Positions 27,012 through 36,805 of a DNA stretch of 64,000 nucleotides are shown piece after piece. Origin of the DNA: a virus (taxonomy: Duplodnaviria > Caudoviricetes). The first letter of the stretch is position 1, and each line of letters begins with the position of its first letter. The position numbers and the translations under genes were made by a program. The notes below the pieces were generated by a model. It did not search any database. It was not told the DNA's origin and worked only from the letters and a program-made list of their open reading frames with translations. The DNA lies in IMG/VR virus record IMGVR_UViG_3300011435_000001, positions 8,648 to 72,647 of that record. The stretch is one strand, 5' to 3'.

Positions 27012-28202
27012 TTAACTCGTGGCGTGTTTGCCAGAGTCTTTGTCTGTTGCCATTCGCAACACTGAAAAGGATTGTCCCATAGCCGCCGCACCTTCGTCAA
27101 CTAATGCGGCGCGAAAATCTTCGACGGCCTTGGTCTTCTTGCCGCGCGGTGACGTCAGCTCAATCAGCTCGTCGAGCGAGGTGATGGCGACGTCGTAGAG
27201 GGAGTCGACTTTGTCGGCGTGCTCCGGCGCGATGAAGCGCTTGGCGATTTCGCCGGTCTTCCGCGCGTGCAGAATTTTGATGTTGCGCTTCGGATAGAGC
27301 ACGTAGCCCTCGGGAATAAAATCTTCGTCGTTCGCCGCTTTCGTGGTGGCGTTCTTGCGGAAAGACTCAGCCCAGAGTTTCACCACCTGCGCCAGCTTCA
27401 TCCCTTCGGCCACCTGCTTCGGGTCTTCGAGGGACACCGTGTTTATGTCTTCGGGCACCGCGAGCGGCGCATATTTCTTGCCCACTTGAATCACCAGCTC
27501 CGCGACTTTCGGACAAACACCAACCAGCGAACAGAAAAGACAAGTGCCAACCGTGGCCCGCGCCAGAGAGAAATCCGCAGGATTCTTGCCTGCCTCGACG
27601 GCCCGAGCAACCACGGTCCGCACTCTAAGGTAAAACGAGTCGGGAACCGAGACGTCAAAAAGGTGGTCAGATTCATGGTCAATGTGGGGTTGGAAAAACA
27701 GCACGCGACAGGTCCGCAGCTTCGGGAACATTTTCTTGATGCCAAGCATATAGGAAATCCCCTGCAAGTTGTCCTTGGCGTCGGTCACTGCATTTCTTCC
27801 GAACTTCCAGTCGATGATTTCCGCGTGGGTCTCTTCGGCGTTGATGATGCCGAGGTCGAGGTAGCCGCCGGTGGTGCCCTCCCAAAGTCCTCCTTCGCGT
27901 TCTTGGATTACGGCATCGTCCACGGGCAGATAAATCTCGCGCAGCACCTTGGCTCCCGGGCCAAAGGAGGCAATTCTCTCAAGCGCCAGCTCCTTGCACT
28001 GAGCCACCACAAGGGCCTTGTAGTCGGGGATTCGGTTGTCGTCGAGGTCAGACTCCACTGCGTTGTGCTGAAGCGTGCCCATGATGGAAGCCTCATTTTC
28101 CGACTGCGTGGGCTGATACTTCGGGCAGGCCTCGCGTGCTTGAAGAGTAGACGGAGAGTAGGGGTGATGCTTGCGTTCTGTCTTGTCTGCTTGTTCGGTC
28201 AT
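27012..28202 (-). CDS. PD-(D/E)XK (Cas4-like/DUF2800-like) exonuclease
   Basis: HHPYSPS..CP..GTLQH, GYLD, IIDWKFG, DNLQ, CLFC..C. Confidence 0.8.
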   Translation of the reverse strand: MTEQADKTERKHHPYSPSTLQAREACPKYQPTQSENEASIMGTLQHNAVESDLDDNRIPDYKALVVAQCKELALERIASFGPGAKVLREIYLPVDDAVIQEREGGLWEGTTGGYLDLGIINAEETHAEIIDWKFGRNAVTDAKDNLQGISYMLGIKKMFPKLRTCRVLFFQPHIDHESDHLFDVSVPDSFYLRVRTVVARAVEAGKNPADFSLARATVGTCLFCSLVGVCPKVAELVIQVGKKYAPLAVPEDINTVSLEDPKQVAEGMKLAQVVKLWAESFRKNATTKAANDEDFIPEGYVLYPKRNIKILHARKTGEIAKRFIAPEHADKVDSLYDVAITSLDELIELTSPRGKKTKAVEDFRAALVDEGAAAMGQSFSVLRMATDKDSGKHATS

Positions 28203-28253
28203 ACTGGTTACTTGCTCAAAAGGTGCGCGGAAAACGGAAAAGTCAAACAGCTT

Positions 28254-28505
28254 TCATCGACGGCGGCTCTCCCTGCGGATTGCCTCTGCGTAGCGCTGGC
28301 ACGCGGCGGCGATTTTTTCTTGCGGCGTCCGGGGGCGGGCCAAGAAGAGGAGGGCCTTGCTGACGACTACGCCCACGGCGGGAATAAAGAGGGGTGCCGC
28401 GACCCACCACCAAGACCAAGCAATCTGCCCGGTGAGCTTGAGCGTCAGGAAAATCAGAAACAGCATCCCGGTGAGGCCGATTCCTTGTGCTGGTCTTTCG
28501 TTCAT
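28254..28505 (-). CDS. Small two-TM membrane protein
   Basis: IFLTLKLTGQIAWSWWWVAAPL. Confidence 0.7.
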   Translation of the reverse strand: MNERPAQGIGLTGMLFLIFLTLKLTGQIAWSWWWVAAPLFIPAVGVVVSKALLFLARPRTPQEKIAAACQRYAEAIRRESRRR

Positions 28506-28506
28506 G

Positions 28507-28668
28507 TCAGTGTTTGTAGAGGAACGTGACTGTCGCGGTGATGGCGAGCGCGCAAAGCCAGTAGCACACGTCCGCCGGTTTCTTCTCGATGCCCCAGCGC
28601 AGTGCGTTCAGCAGATACAGGGACATGATGACGTAGTTGAAGATTTTGGGGTCGAGCAAGAATTTCAC
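28507..28668 (-). CDS. Small membrane protein
   Basis: GTG start; FNYVIMSLYLLNALRW...YWLCALAITATV. Confidence 0.6.
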   Translation of the reverse strand: MKFLLDPKIFNYVIMSLYLLNALRWGIEKKPADVCYWLCALAITATVTFLYKH

Positions 28669-28841
28669 CTCGGGCCTTTCTCTTTCTCGGGCAACCGCGG
28701 AGCGCGGACCACGTCGCTCTTCAGGCCGCGCCGGTCGCATTCCGCGATATACGCTTCCGTCTCGGGACGACCGTCTCTCCACAGGGCCTTGGCGATTTCC
28801 CGACCGCTCGTCCCGACCTTGCCTCGTTTCTCTTTGCTCAT
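28665..28841 (-). CDS. Small basic hypothetical protein (58 aa)
   Basis: Overlaps both neighbours; not in the ORF track. Confidence 0.45.
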   Translation of the reverse strand: MSKEKRGKVGTSGREIAKALWRDGRPETEAYIAECDRRGLKSDVVRAPRLPEKEKGPR

Positions 28842-29773
28842 TGCACAGACTCTACTTCAGTGGTTGCCGGTTGTCCAATCATCGCGGACTGAGCGAGGGT
28901 GCCCTTGTAGAATTCGGGGAAGCCGCCGCACACTCCGCGCTTGATTTGCTTGATGAAGTGCTCGTAGAGGTGGTCGCGGATGAAGTCGCCCTCTTCGCGC
29001 TCGAGGTCCTTTTGCAGCTCGCACATGAGGGGGCCGATGTCCTCGGGCCCACCGACCAACGTGCCGTTGTCTCGCAGGTGCTGGACCGCCTTGCGCCAGC
29101 GCGCCTCTGTCTTAAGTTGCGTGACGAGATTCTGCACCACGTCATTCGTGCCGGGGTTCGCCTTCTTCCACTCGCCGCCGTGACGCTCCTTGAACTCGGG
29201 GCTCACGAACTTGCCGATGAGAATCTTTTTGTCGATTCCGAATCGGTTGTAGTTCTTGATGACGAACCCCTCCACCTTGCAGCCGCCGAGGATGGAGTCG
29301 TGGTCCAAGAAGTCCCGGATTTGGTCATCAGAGATTCCCGGCAACGCGCCGACGTAAAAAGTGGGGACAACCTCGAGGCCGAGTCTCTCAGCCTCCGCAC
29401 ACTTGTCGTCATATTGGAGATACGTCTCCGGCCCGGTCATCACGTCGAAAAGGATGATGTGTTGCTTCGGGATGCGCGCGTAGGCTTGCACGTTGTGCTT
29501 CGGCTTGCTCAGATACTCTCCGCGATACACCCAGCCGGGGCGCAAGTCGAGAGAGGCGGCGGTGTCGACAGCGTGGTTGAAAAGCTGCGGCACTGCACCG
29601 ATGTGAATGTCTTGTCCCTTGGAGCGGACTGAGAGCGAGCCGTCGTGGTTGCGGCACATGCTGAACTGTGACCCGTCAACTTTCTCTTCGACGACGACGG
29701 GGCCGCACAGCAGCTCGTTTAGGTAGCGGTGTCCGAGCGTGTAGATGCTCGGGTAGGATGATAAGTTGCTCAT
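28838..29773 (-). CDS. ATP-dependent RNA ligase (Rnl2-like)
   Basis: Motif I EKVDGSQF, GEY, ILFDV, EGFVIK, KFVSPEFKE. Confidence 0.85.
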   Translation of the reverse strand: MSNLSSYPSIYTLGHRYLNELLCGPVVVEEKVDGSQFSMCRNHDGSLSVRSKGQDIHIGAVPQLFNHAVDTAASLDLRPGWVYRGEYLSKPKHNVQAYARIPKQHIILFDVMTGPETYLQYDDKCAEAERLGLEVVPTFYVGALPGISDDQIRDFLDHDSILGGCKVEGFVIKNYNRFGIDKKILIGKFVSPEFKERHGGEWKKANPGTNDVVQNLVTQLKTEARWRKAVQHLRDNGTLVGGPEDIGPLMCELQKDLEREEGDFIRDHLYEHFIKQIKRGVCGGFPEFYKGTLAQSAMIGQPATTEVESVQ

Positions 29774-29893
29774 TGCACGCTGGGGGTTGGTCAGTATTTC
29801 TTGCGGGGGTTGTGTTTGATGGCGGCCAGAAGTTGCTTATGGTCTTCGGCGTTTGCTTTGGTGGTGGCGGCCTTGCGCGGGCTCTTCTTCACT

Positions 29894-30181
29894 TTACGAG
29901 TTGAGTATGATGGCATTGGTTTGTGTGGGGTTGTGGGTGGGCACGAGCCAGCCCGTCTTGAGTCGGTCCACGGCAGCTCCGGCCTGCCAGCCTTCGCGCC
30001 ACACCTTGCGGATTTTACCCGCGCGGGAGTGGAACTCGGGGCAGTCCTTCAACTGTTCGCCTCGGCCTTGGGCGTCGAAGCCCATCTCCCAGTGCGCGAA
30101 GAGTTGTTGCTGGCCTTTTGTCAGGGCCAGCTCGGGGTTGTCGGAAACGCAGATGCGTAGGTTTTCGGAGCTTATTTTCAT
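29894..30181 (-). CDS. Protein with an Rmf-like motif
   Basis: GFDAQGRGEQLKDCPEF...VWREGWQAG. Confidence 0.6.
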   Translation of the reverse strand: MKISSENLRICVSDNPELALTKGQQQLFAHWEMGFDAQGRGEQLKDCPEFHSRAGKIRKVWREGWQAGAAVDRLKTGWLVPTHNPTQTNAIILNS

Positions 30182-30196
30182 TGGTTGTTTTGGTGA

Positions 30197-30397
30197 TTAG
30201 CTGCGCTGGATTCCCTCGCCGCGTCGAGCCCGGTCCTTGGCGTCCTGCGCGCTGGTCGCTCGCACGTCAACCCAGCGGTCGATGCGGAGCCCTCTGCGGG
30301 AAAAGCCGTTAGGCCGGACCACGCAAAACTTGAACTTCAGGTAGTCCCGGCTGTGGACGTCTTCTTCGCGATATTTGGCGACAGAGAACCATTTCAT
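30197..30397 (-). CDS. Small basic hypothetical protein
   Basis: ATGA coupling to the helicase stop. Confidence 0.5.
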   Translation of the reverse strand: MKWFSVAKYREEDVHSRDYLKFKFCVVRPNGFSRRGLRIDRWVDVRATSAQDAKDRARRGEGIQRS

Positions 30398-31884
30398 AAC
30401 ATCGAGAAGATGCCACTCAACTCGTGCTCTGTCAAATGGAGATTTGAAGCCAGCAGGTCCCCGTCGTTGAAGGCGTCCTGCTGGTTCAGGCGTGTCACCA
30501 AGCGGCGATGCACGTGCTCCTGCCGCGTGCCCGCGGCCAGAACTACCCGGTAGAGGGACTTGCTCTTGGCCCCGATGCGCGGGAGTCTCCCGAAAACTTG
30601 GCGGATGTTGACCGCCGAGTTGCAAGGCGAAACGTGGCCAACACGAGGAAAAGAGCCGTCGAAGTCAGCAAGAGTAATACAGATGCCGCCAGCAGCAGAG
30701 TTGCAGTTGATAACACGGTGGCTGTTATTTTGAAAAGCGTCGATGTTGTCATCGCGGCGTGCCTTGCCTTTTGCGCCCACTTGGCTACCGTCGATGCGAC
30801 AGTCGGTTTTGAGTCGCGTGCAGAGTTCATCCAGTGTTTGAGTGAACGTCACGAAGTTAGCCACGCTGTAGCCCTGCTCGTTCGCGTCCTCGGTTAGCTG
30901 CACGAATACGGGAACCATCAGTAGCTCGATTTCTTGTAGCGAGCGGATGATGACGGTGAGATGTGATTCCTTGTCCGTCGCCGCCTTGTCGCGGAGCGCG
31001 CGGATGGAGTCGTCCATCTGTTCGTAAAGCTTGTCAATCGCGCGGCCCTCGGCGAGGTCATACAACTCCGCGGAAATACTGCACTCAGGAAAGTCGGGTA
31101 GGTCTTTGATGCGAACGCGAGTGCCGTGGTCTGGAAAAATTTCTTCGTTGAGCCGCGCCATCGTGCGCTTGCGGTCGTCCTCCTTCCCTGCGAAATAAAA
31201 TCCTCCGTGCGGAGACGGTCGGCAGTTCCACTTGCGCACCCAAGTCCAGAAGCGCAGACCGGCGTCCAGCTCGTGGAGTCCCAGCACATAGCCCAGCGCT
31301 TTGAAGTCAAGCGGGCTGTCGCCAGCGGTGGCTGAGAGTCCGAGAGTTTTCAGGCCCTGTCGCTTCGCCGCAATCAGCATCTCTGCGTTGAGTGAGTCCG
31401 TGGCCTTGCAGCGGTGAACCTCGTCGAACACAGCCGCCTTTACCTCAGGATGAAAAAGAAATCTCCCGTAATTGTGAGGGATGGTTTTTGTTTCAACGCA
31501 GTGACACGCACCGTAAGGACACTTCGGGGTGGTGTCGTCTTCCACCCAGCACTGGCACACGGTGCATTTGAGTCGCGACTTGAGTGGCCCGGTCTTCGGA
31601 AATTGCCAGCGACCAAAGGGAGTCTTCCCGGTCCGAAGCTTCTCGTAGCCAACAACATCGAACTCCACGCCGAGATGCTCACCGGCACGCAGCCAGCCAG
31701 TTTTTGCGACGTCGGGGCAGACTACTAACGTGGGAAGATTTAGTTCTCGCAACACCGCACCGGCGACGTAGGTCTTGCCGGTGCCCATGTCTGAACCATC
31801 GAGGGCCGCGCCATCGCGCCGAAGGCAAGCGAGCAAGTGCCGCGCTGCGTCAGGTTGATGGGGCTTCAGACCCTCTACGTTCAT
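30394..31884 (-). CDS. SF2 helicase with a Cys-rich insertion
   Basis: SDMGTGKT, FDEVH, LSAT, QVFGRLPR; CTVCQC...CPYGACHC insert. Confidence 0.88.
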   Translation of the reverse strand: MNVEGLKPHQPDAARHLLACLRRDGAALDGSDMGTGKTYVAGAVLRELNLPTLVVCPDVAKTGWLRAGEHLGVEFDVVGYEKLRTGKTPFGRWQFPKTGPLKSRLKCTVCQCWVEDDTTPKCPYGACHCVETKTIPHNYGRFLFHPEVKAAVFDEVHRCKATDSLNAEMLIAAKRQGLKTLGLSATAGDSPLDFKALGYVLGLHELDAGLRFWTWVRKWNCRPSPHGGFYFAGKEDDRKRTMARLNEEIFPDHGTRVRIKDLPDFPECSISAELYDLAEGRAIDKLYEQMDDSIRALRDKAATDKESHLTVIIRSLQEIELLMVPVFVQLTEDANEQGYSVANFVTFTQTLDELCTRLKTDCRIDGSQVGAKGKARRDDNIDAFQNNSHRVINCNSAAGGICITLADFDGSFPRVGHVSPCNSAVNIRQVFGRLPRIGAKSKSLYRVVLAAGTRQEHVHRRLVTRLNQQDAFNDGDLLASNLHLTEHELSGIFSML

Positions 31885-32426
31885 CAGAGCGTGACCTTAA
31901 GGATGACCACCGTCCCGTTGGCCAGCGGTCCGTCGACGGGAACCACAACCCCATTTTGCGGCTCGAGGAAAAACCATTGACCATCATTGCGGCGTATGAC
32001 GTTCATCACGTGGTAACCGAGAATTAAACCGTCCTCGGTTGAGATGCGGACGTAGGCCATGCCGACGGCCACGGCGGCGCGGGAATTTTTGTAGTGCCGC
32101 AATGCCCACACGTCCATCCAGTGCTTGGCCTCGCGTGCGAAGTTGTCACAGTCCCAAGACTCCTCAGTATATTTCGTCCACTCTTTGTGGGACATGGCGA
32201 AGGCGACCATCTCTTCGATGTCAGACTGCGTGGGAGAAATGTAAAACGCATCTTCGGGCCCCGTGACGATGCCCAGCTCAGAGCTGTCTCTCGGCATCTT
32301 CCATTGCAGGCACTGCTCGATGGTGGCAGCGATTTCATTCCAGTCGAGGATGGAGTAGCGTTCAGTGGGTTCAGCTTGCGCTGCTAGGGTGACTGCGAGC
32401 AGCAGGCTCGCAACGATTTTTTTCAA
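31884..32426 (-). CDS. Secreted papain/transglutaminase-like protein
   Basis: Signal peptide; WDCDNFA, YHVMN, FLEPQ; TTG start. Confidence 0.65.
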   Translation of the reverse strand: MKKIVASLLLAVTLAAQAEPTERYSILDWNEIAATIEQCLQWKMPRDSSELGIVTGPEDAFYISPTQSDIEEMVAFAMSHKEWTKYTEESWDCDNFAREAKHWMDVWALRHYKNSRAAVAVGMAYVRISTEDGLILGYHVMNVIRRNDGQWFFLEPQNGVVVPVDGPLANGTVVILKVTL

Positions 32427-33057
32427 TGTGCTGTTTCCGTTTCAGCGCGCTGGGGTTATGTGTTCGCAGAAGATGTTCACGCACGGGAGAGTTGTCTTGC
32501 AGCAGGTCGTGGATTTCGGGAGTCGCGAGGACCTTCTCGCGATACCAGCGGTGCCACTGAAGACTGGTTGTGCCCTCTGGCAGGTGTCCGGACGTTATGG
32601 CGTTCTGAGCAAACTCCTTCGCCTCACCGGAGAGCCACGTGCGGAAAAGATAGAACCATTCGGGCTCAATGCAGACAACATACTTGTCGGCCCAGCAAAT
32701 ATCCGACGGGGCCATATTGTTTTCGATGGCGACGCTGCGACTGTGCAGCACGCAACGCAGGGCGGCATCTATTCCACATGTCCGGGAATAAAACCAACGG
32801 TGACCGCGCAGGCGGTTCAGACCGTGCATGAGCGTGCCCACAAAATGCGCGCCGGGCAATGGGTGGAGCTTGCCCTCCTTGCCGTCGATGTCCGCGCAAC
32901 CCCAGTATCCGATGTCGTGAAAGAGAATGCACAGCCAGCCTTCGAGGTCCGGCCAGCAGCGAAAGAGCTTGCGGTAGGCAAGAGCCACGGTGAAGGGGTG
33001 CCAGAGAAACTGGTGGCAGCCGAACAGGAGAGAGCGAGTGCCGATTTTCATAGCCAA
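32371..33057 (-). CDS. HD-domain-like protein
   Basis: H...FHDIGYWG...LHP...WADK. Confidence 0.6.
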   Translation of the reverse strand: MAMKIGTRSLLFGCHQFLWHPFTVALAYRKLFRCWPDLEGWLCILFHDIGYWGCADIDGKEGKLHPLPGAHFVGTLMHGLNRLRGHRWFYSRTCGIDAALRCVLHSRSVAIENNMAPSDICWADKYVVCIEPEWFYLFRTWLSGEAKEFAQNAITSGHLPEGTTSLQWHRWYREKVLATPEIHDLLQDNSPVREHLLRTHNPSALKRKQHIEKNRCEPAARSHPSSAS

Positions 33058-33323
33058 GGTCCGAGCTTGAGTTTCAACCAGACGAGTCGTCCCCTCAGGT
33101 GAACCGCTTTGAAGAACTCGCGCCTCTCAACGGGACCGTGCTTACGGTTGCGGGATTCCCAACAGAGCACTTGACCGGCCACGAGAGGCGGCGGGGCGCC
33201 GACATAGCCCTCGGTGTCTACCAGCCCAAATGGGTCGTCTCGACGGTCGAGTTGAGCGTGTATTTGCCCGCAGTCAGCGAGCGTGTTGTTCTCCTCTTCG
33301 ATTGAAGGAATGTCCCAGCTCAT
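33048..33323 (-). CDS. Hypothetical protein
   Basis: Packed ORF. Confidence 0.45.
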   Translation of the reverse strand: MSWDIPSIEEENNTLADCGQIHAQLDRRDDPFGLVDTEGYVGAPPPLVAGQVLCWESRNRKHGPVERREFFKAVHLRGRLVWLKLKLGPWL

Positions 33324-33856
33324 GTCAGTCTTCGTTCTAGGGTGACAAAGCGAAGCGTCTCGTTGTTGATTCGCATCGGCAGATTGTTGTCCAGAGCCCA
33401 AGCACAAAGCGTGGTGTGATACTGGTCGAGCGTGCCGTCGTTCACAATTACTTCGTCGCAGTCCTCGGGGCCGAAGGTCACCGTCGGGTCCACCGCATTG
33501 CCGGGTCGGTCAATCCACACAATGCGGTCGAAAAGTTTCTCCGCCTTCACCGCATTGATTTCCTTGATGTCCCGCAGTCCCGCGCCGATGTCTCCGCTCC
33601 GCACCACGAGCCGGGCGAGATAGCATTGGTCCGTGAGGCGCAGCTTGTCCAGCTCGTCCTTCCAGAACTGACGGTCCCGGTGGCGCTCTTCCCAAGCTTG
33701 GCAGGGGTGCTTGTCCAGCACGCGCGCCATGTGTGGCAGGCCCGCCCAAGAGAACGAGCCCGCGTATCGCAGCTTCGTGATGAAGCCTAGATAGATGGCG
33801 GCTTCGTCTTTGCCCGCTCGCCCGTATCCGCAGAATAAAATTTTCTTATAGTGCAT
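33320..33856 (-). CDS. Deoxynucleoside monophosphate kinase-like P-loop protein
   Basis: ILFCGYGRAGKDEAA, GLR..E, VWIDRPG, VIVNDGT. Confidence 0.75.
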   Translation of the reverse strand: MHYKKILFCGYGRAGKDEAAIYLGFITKLRYAGSFSWAGLPHMARVLDKHPCQAWEERHRDRQFWKDELDKLRLTDQCYLARLVVRSGDIGAGLRDIKEINAVKAEKLFDRIVWIDRPGNAVDPTVTFGPEDCDEVIVNDGTLDQYHTTLCAWALDNNLPMRINNETLRFVTLERRLT

Positions 33857-34093
33857 AGGAGATGTGGTTTGTAGTGTGCAAGTGCAAGCCATGTCAGGAA
33901 CCATTCGGTGTCATACCAAGCCGCCTCTTGGGCGGGCCGAGGGTGACCCCCGAAGGGTTCTGACCCCGGGGCGATTTCTTTCCGCATTCGAGCGGCAAAC
34001 GATGTGGTAGATTCCATTCGATGCTGAGGTCGTGCTCGCTCGCCACGGTCCGGAAAAATGCAGCCCGGTAGGCTCTGAGCTGTGGAGAAGAGG

Positions 34094-34264
34094 TCACGAT
34101 GGGTTTTGAGGTTGAGCTAGACTTTCGAGCCGGGCTTGCGCCAGCAGAAAAATCTCGTGGAGTTGATTTCCCGTGACTCCGTGGACAACGATTGCGCCAC
34201 CCATGAACATGGTGTTCTGAACTTTGGTGGTGCGGATGATTTCTTTGAGCTGTTCGAGCGTCAT
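34094..34264 (-). CDS. Small hypothetical protein (56 aa)
   Basis: ATGA coupling; not in the ORF track. Confidence 0.45.
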   Translation of the reverse strand: MTLEQLKEIIRTTKVQNTMFMGGAIVVHGVTGNQLHEIFLLAQARLESLAQPQNPS

Positions 34265-34632
34265 TCGGCCCTCCCCTTCGTGCGGAATTCAATTTCTGTG
34301 TCCAGTCGTGCGAAGCACATCAACGCGTAATCCTGCATCGGGCGATACAGCCTCTCCGCGTAGCTGCCGGAGCGGGCAATCAGGTGCTTGTAGTGCGAGG
34401 CCTCGCGCGCAGCCTGATGCAGGCGGCGAATCAACTGGCGCATCGTCAGCGTCCCAATCTTCGCGATGTATTTCTCGTCGCGATTTTTCGGCGGGCGTCC
34501 GTAGACTCTGGTCTCGCGTTCACGCATCGCTCGCTTGCGTTGGCGCGCAGTGTGCTTGGCCTTGGGGTTGAAGAGGTCCACCTCCAGCTTGTGCGAGAGG
34601 TTCGGAGAGATGTCTTTGTCGGTGTCGTTCAT
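34261..34632 (-). CDS. Basic hypothetical protein
   Basis: Promoter-like TTGCGC-17 nt-TACATA upstream. Confidence 0.6.
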   Translation of the reverse strand: MNDTDKDISPNLSHKLEVDLFNPKAKHTARQRKRAMRERETRVYGRPPKNRDEKYIAKIGTLTMRQLIRRLHQAAREASHYKHLIARSGSYAERLYRPMQDYALMCFARLDTEIEFRTKGRAE

Positions 34633-34838
34633 GTCTTCCTACTATGTATCATGCTCACAGCGTAAGCGCAAATGTCACAGAGGGCCCACGTCTCTTTTCT
34701 CTCAGGGTCCGAGATGATGAAGCGCTTTGCGCGCACCTTGTTGCCGTTCGCCTCTACATAGTCAACGACGTTGAACTCCGGCCCCTCTATCTCGACGGAA
34801 TGAAGGCGGCAGAGGGGATTGTCACAGAAGGGGACCAT
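34629..34838 (-). CDS. Small Cys-rich protein
   Basis: CDNPLC...CDIC. Confidence 0.55.
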   Translation of the reverse strand: MVPFCDNPLCRLHSVEIEGPEFNVVDYVEANGNKVRAKRFIISDPERKETWALCDICAYAVSMIHSRKT

Positions 34839-34943
34839 AGAGAGAGGCTTGCATGTTGAAGAAAAACGGGTCTCTGAAGTGCGGAACGGGGACCCACTTT
34901 GGGTGCGCCTTCCTGATTTTCTTTTTGCGTCTCGTTCGGGGCT

Positions 34944-35576
34944 TCACTTCACAGCGGGATTCGGAGTTTTCGGTGCGGGCAGGTGTTCGGGTGGAGTGAA
35001 CACAGGTGCCGCACTCAAGCGCTGCTTGGTGGGCGACTTACGAGGGCCCTGCGGCAGTTCCGTGGGGTGCTGCTTGAGACGCAGGCTCAGCTCGCGGCCT
35101 TCGCTGCCGAGAATCTCCTGCACGATGGCGGGAAGGTTCTCCACGGGCAGACTGGCGTTGACCTGATTGGAAAACCTCGTTGCGTTCCGCGTCATGCGGT
35201 CCTTGAGCGTGAGCCCGACCATGCCTTTGTCTTGCAGGTATCGCAGCAGCACGTCCTGCGCGGCGCCCTCGAAGAACACCGTGCCGACCTCGCGGAAGCA
35301 CTCGGCACCCGTGCCGTCTGCCGTCGCGTTGTCGATGAACAACTGTCGCAGAGTCATGCCGGGGTAAGGGTTGATGAACTGCGGGGCGTCCTCGCGCGTC
35401 TCGATGGTGCTGCCCATGCGCTTGGCCTCGCCGGGCGCCAGCTTCGGGTGAATCTTCTTCAGCTCGAGGTAAAGGTTGTCGTAGTCAATCTTGGCAACGC
35501 CAGTGAGGGGGGCCTCGACGGTGACGGCGTCTTTCACGCCCGGGACACGAAAAGTTCCAATAATGTAGGATGGCAT
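34944..35576 (-). CDS. Hypothetical protein
   Basis: Coding-like codon usage. Confidence 0.65.
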   Translation of the reverse strand: MPSYIIGTFRVPGVKDAVTVEAPLTGVAKIDYDNLYLELKKIHPKLAPGEAKRMGSTIETREDAPQFINPYPGMTLRQLFIDNATADGTGAECFREVGTVFFEGAAQDVLLRYLQDKGMVGLTLKDRMTRNATRFSNQVNASLPVENLPAIVQEILGSEGRELSLRLKQHPTELPQGPRKSPTKQRLSAAPVFTPPEHLPAPKTPNPAVK

Positions 35577-35607
35577 ACAATGAAAAGGTTTCCCTTTCGG
35601 GATGATG

Positions 35608-35841
35608 TCAACCCTCGATTCGCGCCTTCTCGCGGGCACTATTGCCGGGCCGGTCTTCAATCTGCGCCAGCTTCTCGTCGCGGGTCAGGGCGTTGTAAGA
35701 CCTCTGCCGAGACTGGGCTTCCGTCCACTTGCGGCCACGCTTGGCGTGCAGCGTGGCGTTGCTATAGCCAGCGGTCTTTTTCTTTCCCCCGGTGATGAGG
35801 GCGGCGGTTCCGTGTGTCTGCGGGTATTTCTGTTTGCTCAT
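35608..35841 (-). CDS. Small basic hypothetical protein
   Basis: Overlap coupling with the upstream gene. Confidence 0.6.
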   Translation of the reverse strand: MSKQKYPQTHGTAALITGGKKKTAGYSNATLHAKRGRKWTEAQSRQRSYNALTRDEKLAQIEDRPGNSAREKARIEG

Positions 35842-36083
35842 ATTGGTTTCAGTGTGTCGATGTTTACCTTGCGGGTTCCGTAAACTTGTCGCGTCCCCCG
35901 ATTGTCCACTATCAAAAGCTCGCCGTCAAGGAATCGGCGCTGGTTCGCCCTGAATCGCTCTGCCTCCGCGGGAAGACCAGCCACGGATTTTCCGTGGAGC
36001 ACGGAGTCGAGCATCACCGGAGAGGTGGGAAACTCCATCTCCACGTAGCGCGCGAGAATGTCTCTCATCAGGTGCGGGTTCAT
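35838..36083 (-). CDS. Hypothetical protein
   Basis: ATGA coupling. Confidence 0.55.
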   Translation of the reverse strand: MNPHLMRDILARYVEMEFPTSPVMLDSVLHGKSVAGLPAEAERFRANQRRFLDGELLIVDNRGTRQVYGTRKVNIDTLKPI

Positions 36084-36376
36084 GGCAGGTCTTTCCAGAT
36101 GTAGGTGTTCGGCGCTTGAGGCAGAGCCATCCAGTGTGTCCAGATTGTTCCTCGGTCGTGGGGTATTTCGTCCCATGCTTGCTCACTACATCGCCAGTAT
36201 TTGATTTGCCACATTCTCCGTTTTGAGTTCCACGCGAGATAGTTCCCGTCTTCGCTGGGTCGCGCCGAACAAAGTCGCTGGAGCGAATGAGTGCTCCCGT
36301 CTTTGTCGCAGAACGCGGTTGGGCAGTCTGAGTAGGTGCAGGCGTCCGGGTCTGGGCAGTATTTCGGCGCACTCAT
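36080..36376 (-). CDS. DUF551-like phage protein
   Basis: WTHWMALPQAP signature. Confidence 0.6.
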   Translation of the reverse strand: MSAPKYCPDPDACTYSDCPTAFCDKDGSTHSLQRLCSARPSEDGNYLAWNSKRRMWQIKYWRCSEQAWDEIPHDRGTIWTHWMALPQAPNTYIWKDLP

Positions 36377-36804
36377 CGCTCACCTCCATCGTTCGGCCAC
36401 TCCAGTTGGATGCCAAACTCCATCAGATGACCTTCGCGGATTTTTCCAGTCAGATAGCGGATTGTGTCGTTCAGGTCGGTTGTGCAGCCGTGCTTTCTCG
36501 CCTCTGTCAGTTCGCGCAGTTGCATCGCGAGGTGAGCGAAGGCTGTGTAGTGCGCGGCGATTCGTTCCTCCTGAGCTTCCACGCTTTGCGCGAGAGTCCA
36601 CCGCTGGCGCTCTGCTCTGGCCTCGTCGCTGTAGGAAATCTTGACGCGCTCCTGAATCTTCGCGGTTACGTTCCTGTTGGTGATTTCCCCCGCCGCGTAT
36701 TCGTCGAGGTCGTCGAGCTGTCTGTCCAGACATCGGCGAATGGCCTTCTCGGACGTGGACTCGGCACCCTTGATGGTGTAGACAATGCGGAATCGTTTTT
36801 TCAT
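36373..36804 (-). CDS. Hypothetical coiled-coil protein
   Basis: Packed ORF. Confidence 0.55.
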   Translation of the reverse strand: MKKRFRIVYTIKGAESTSEKAIRRCLDRQLDDLDEYAAGEITNRNVTAKIQERVKISYSDEARAERQRWTLAQSVEAQEERIAAHYTAFAHLAMQLRELTEARKHGCTTDLNDTIRYLTGKIREGHLMEFGIQLEWPNDGGER

Positions 36805-36805
36805 G

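Noticed and set aside
27012-28202. Cas4-like nuclease as evidence of a CRISPR system
   Set aside because: Sits in a normal replication module (SSB, PolA); no repeat-spacer array or other cas gene is visible anywhere in the window
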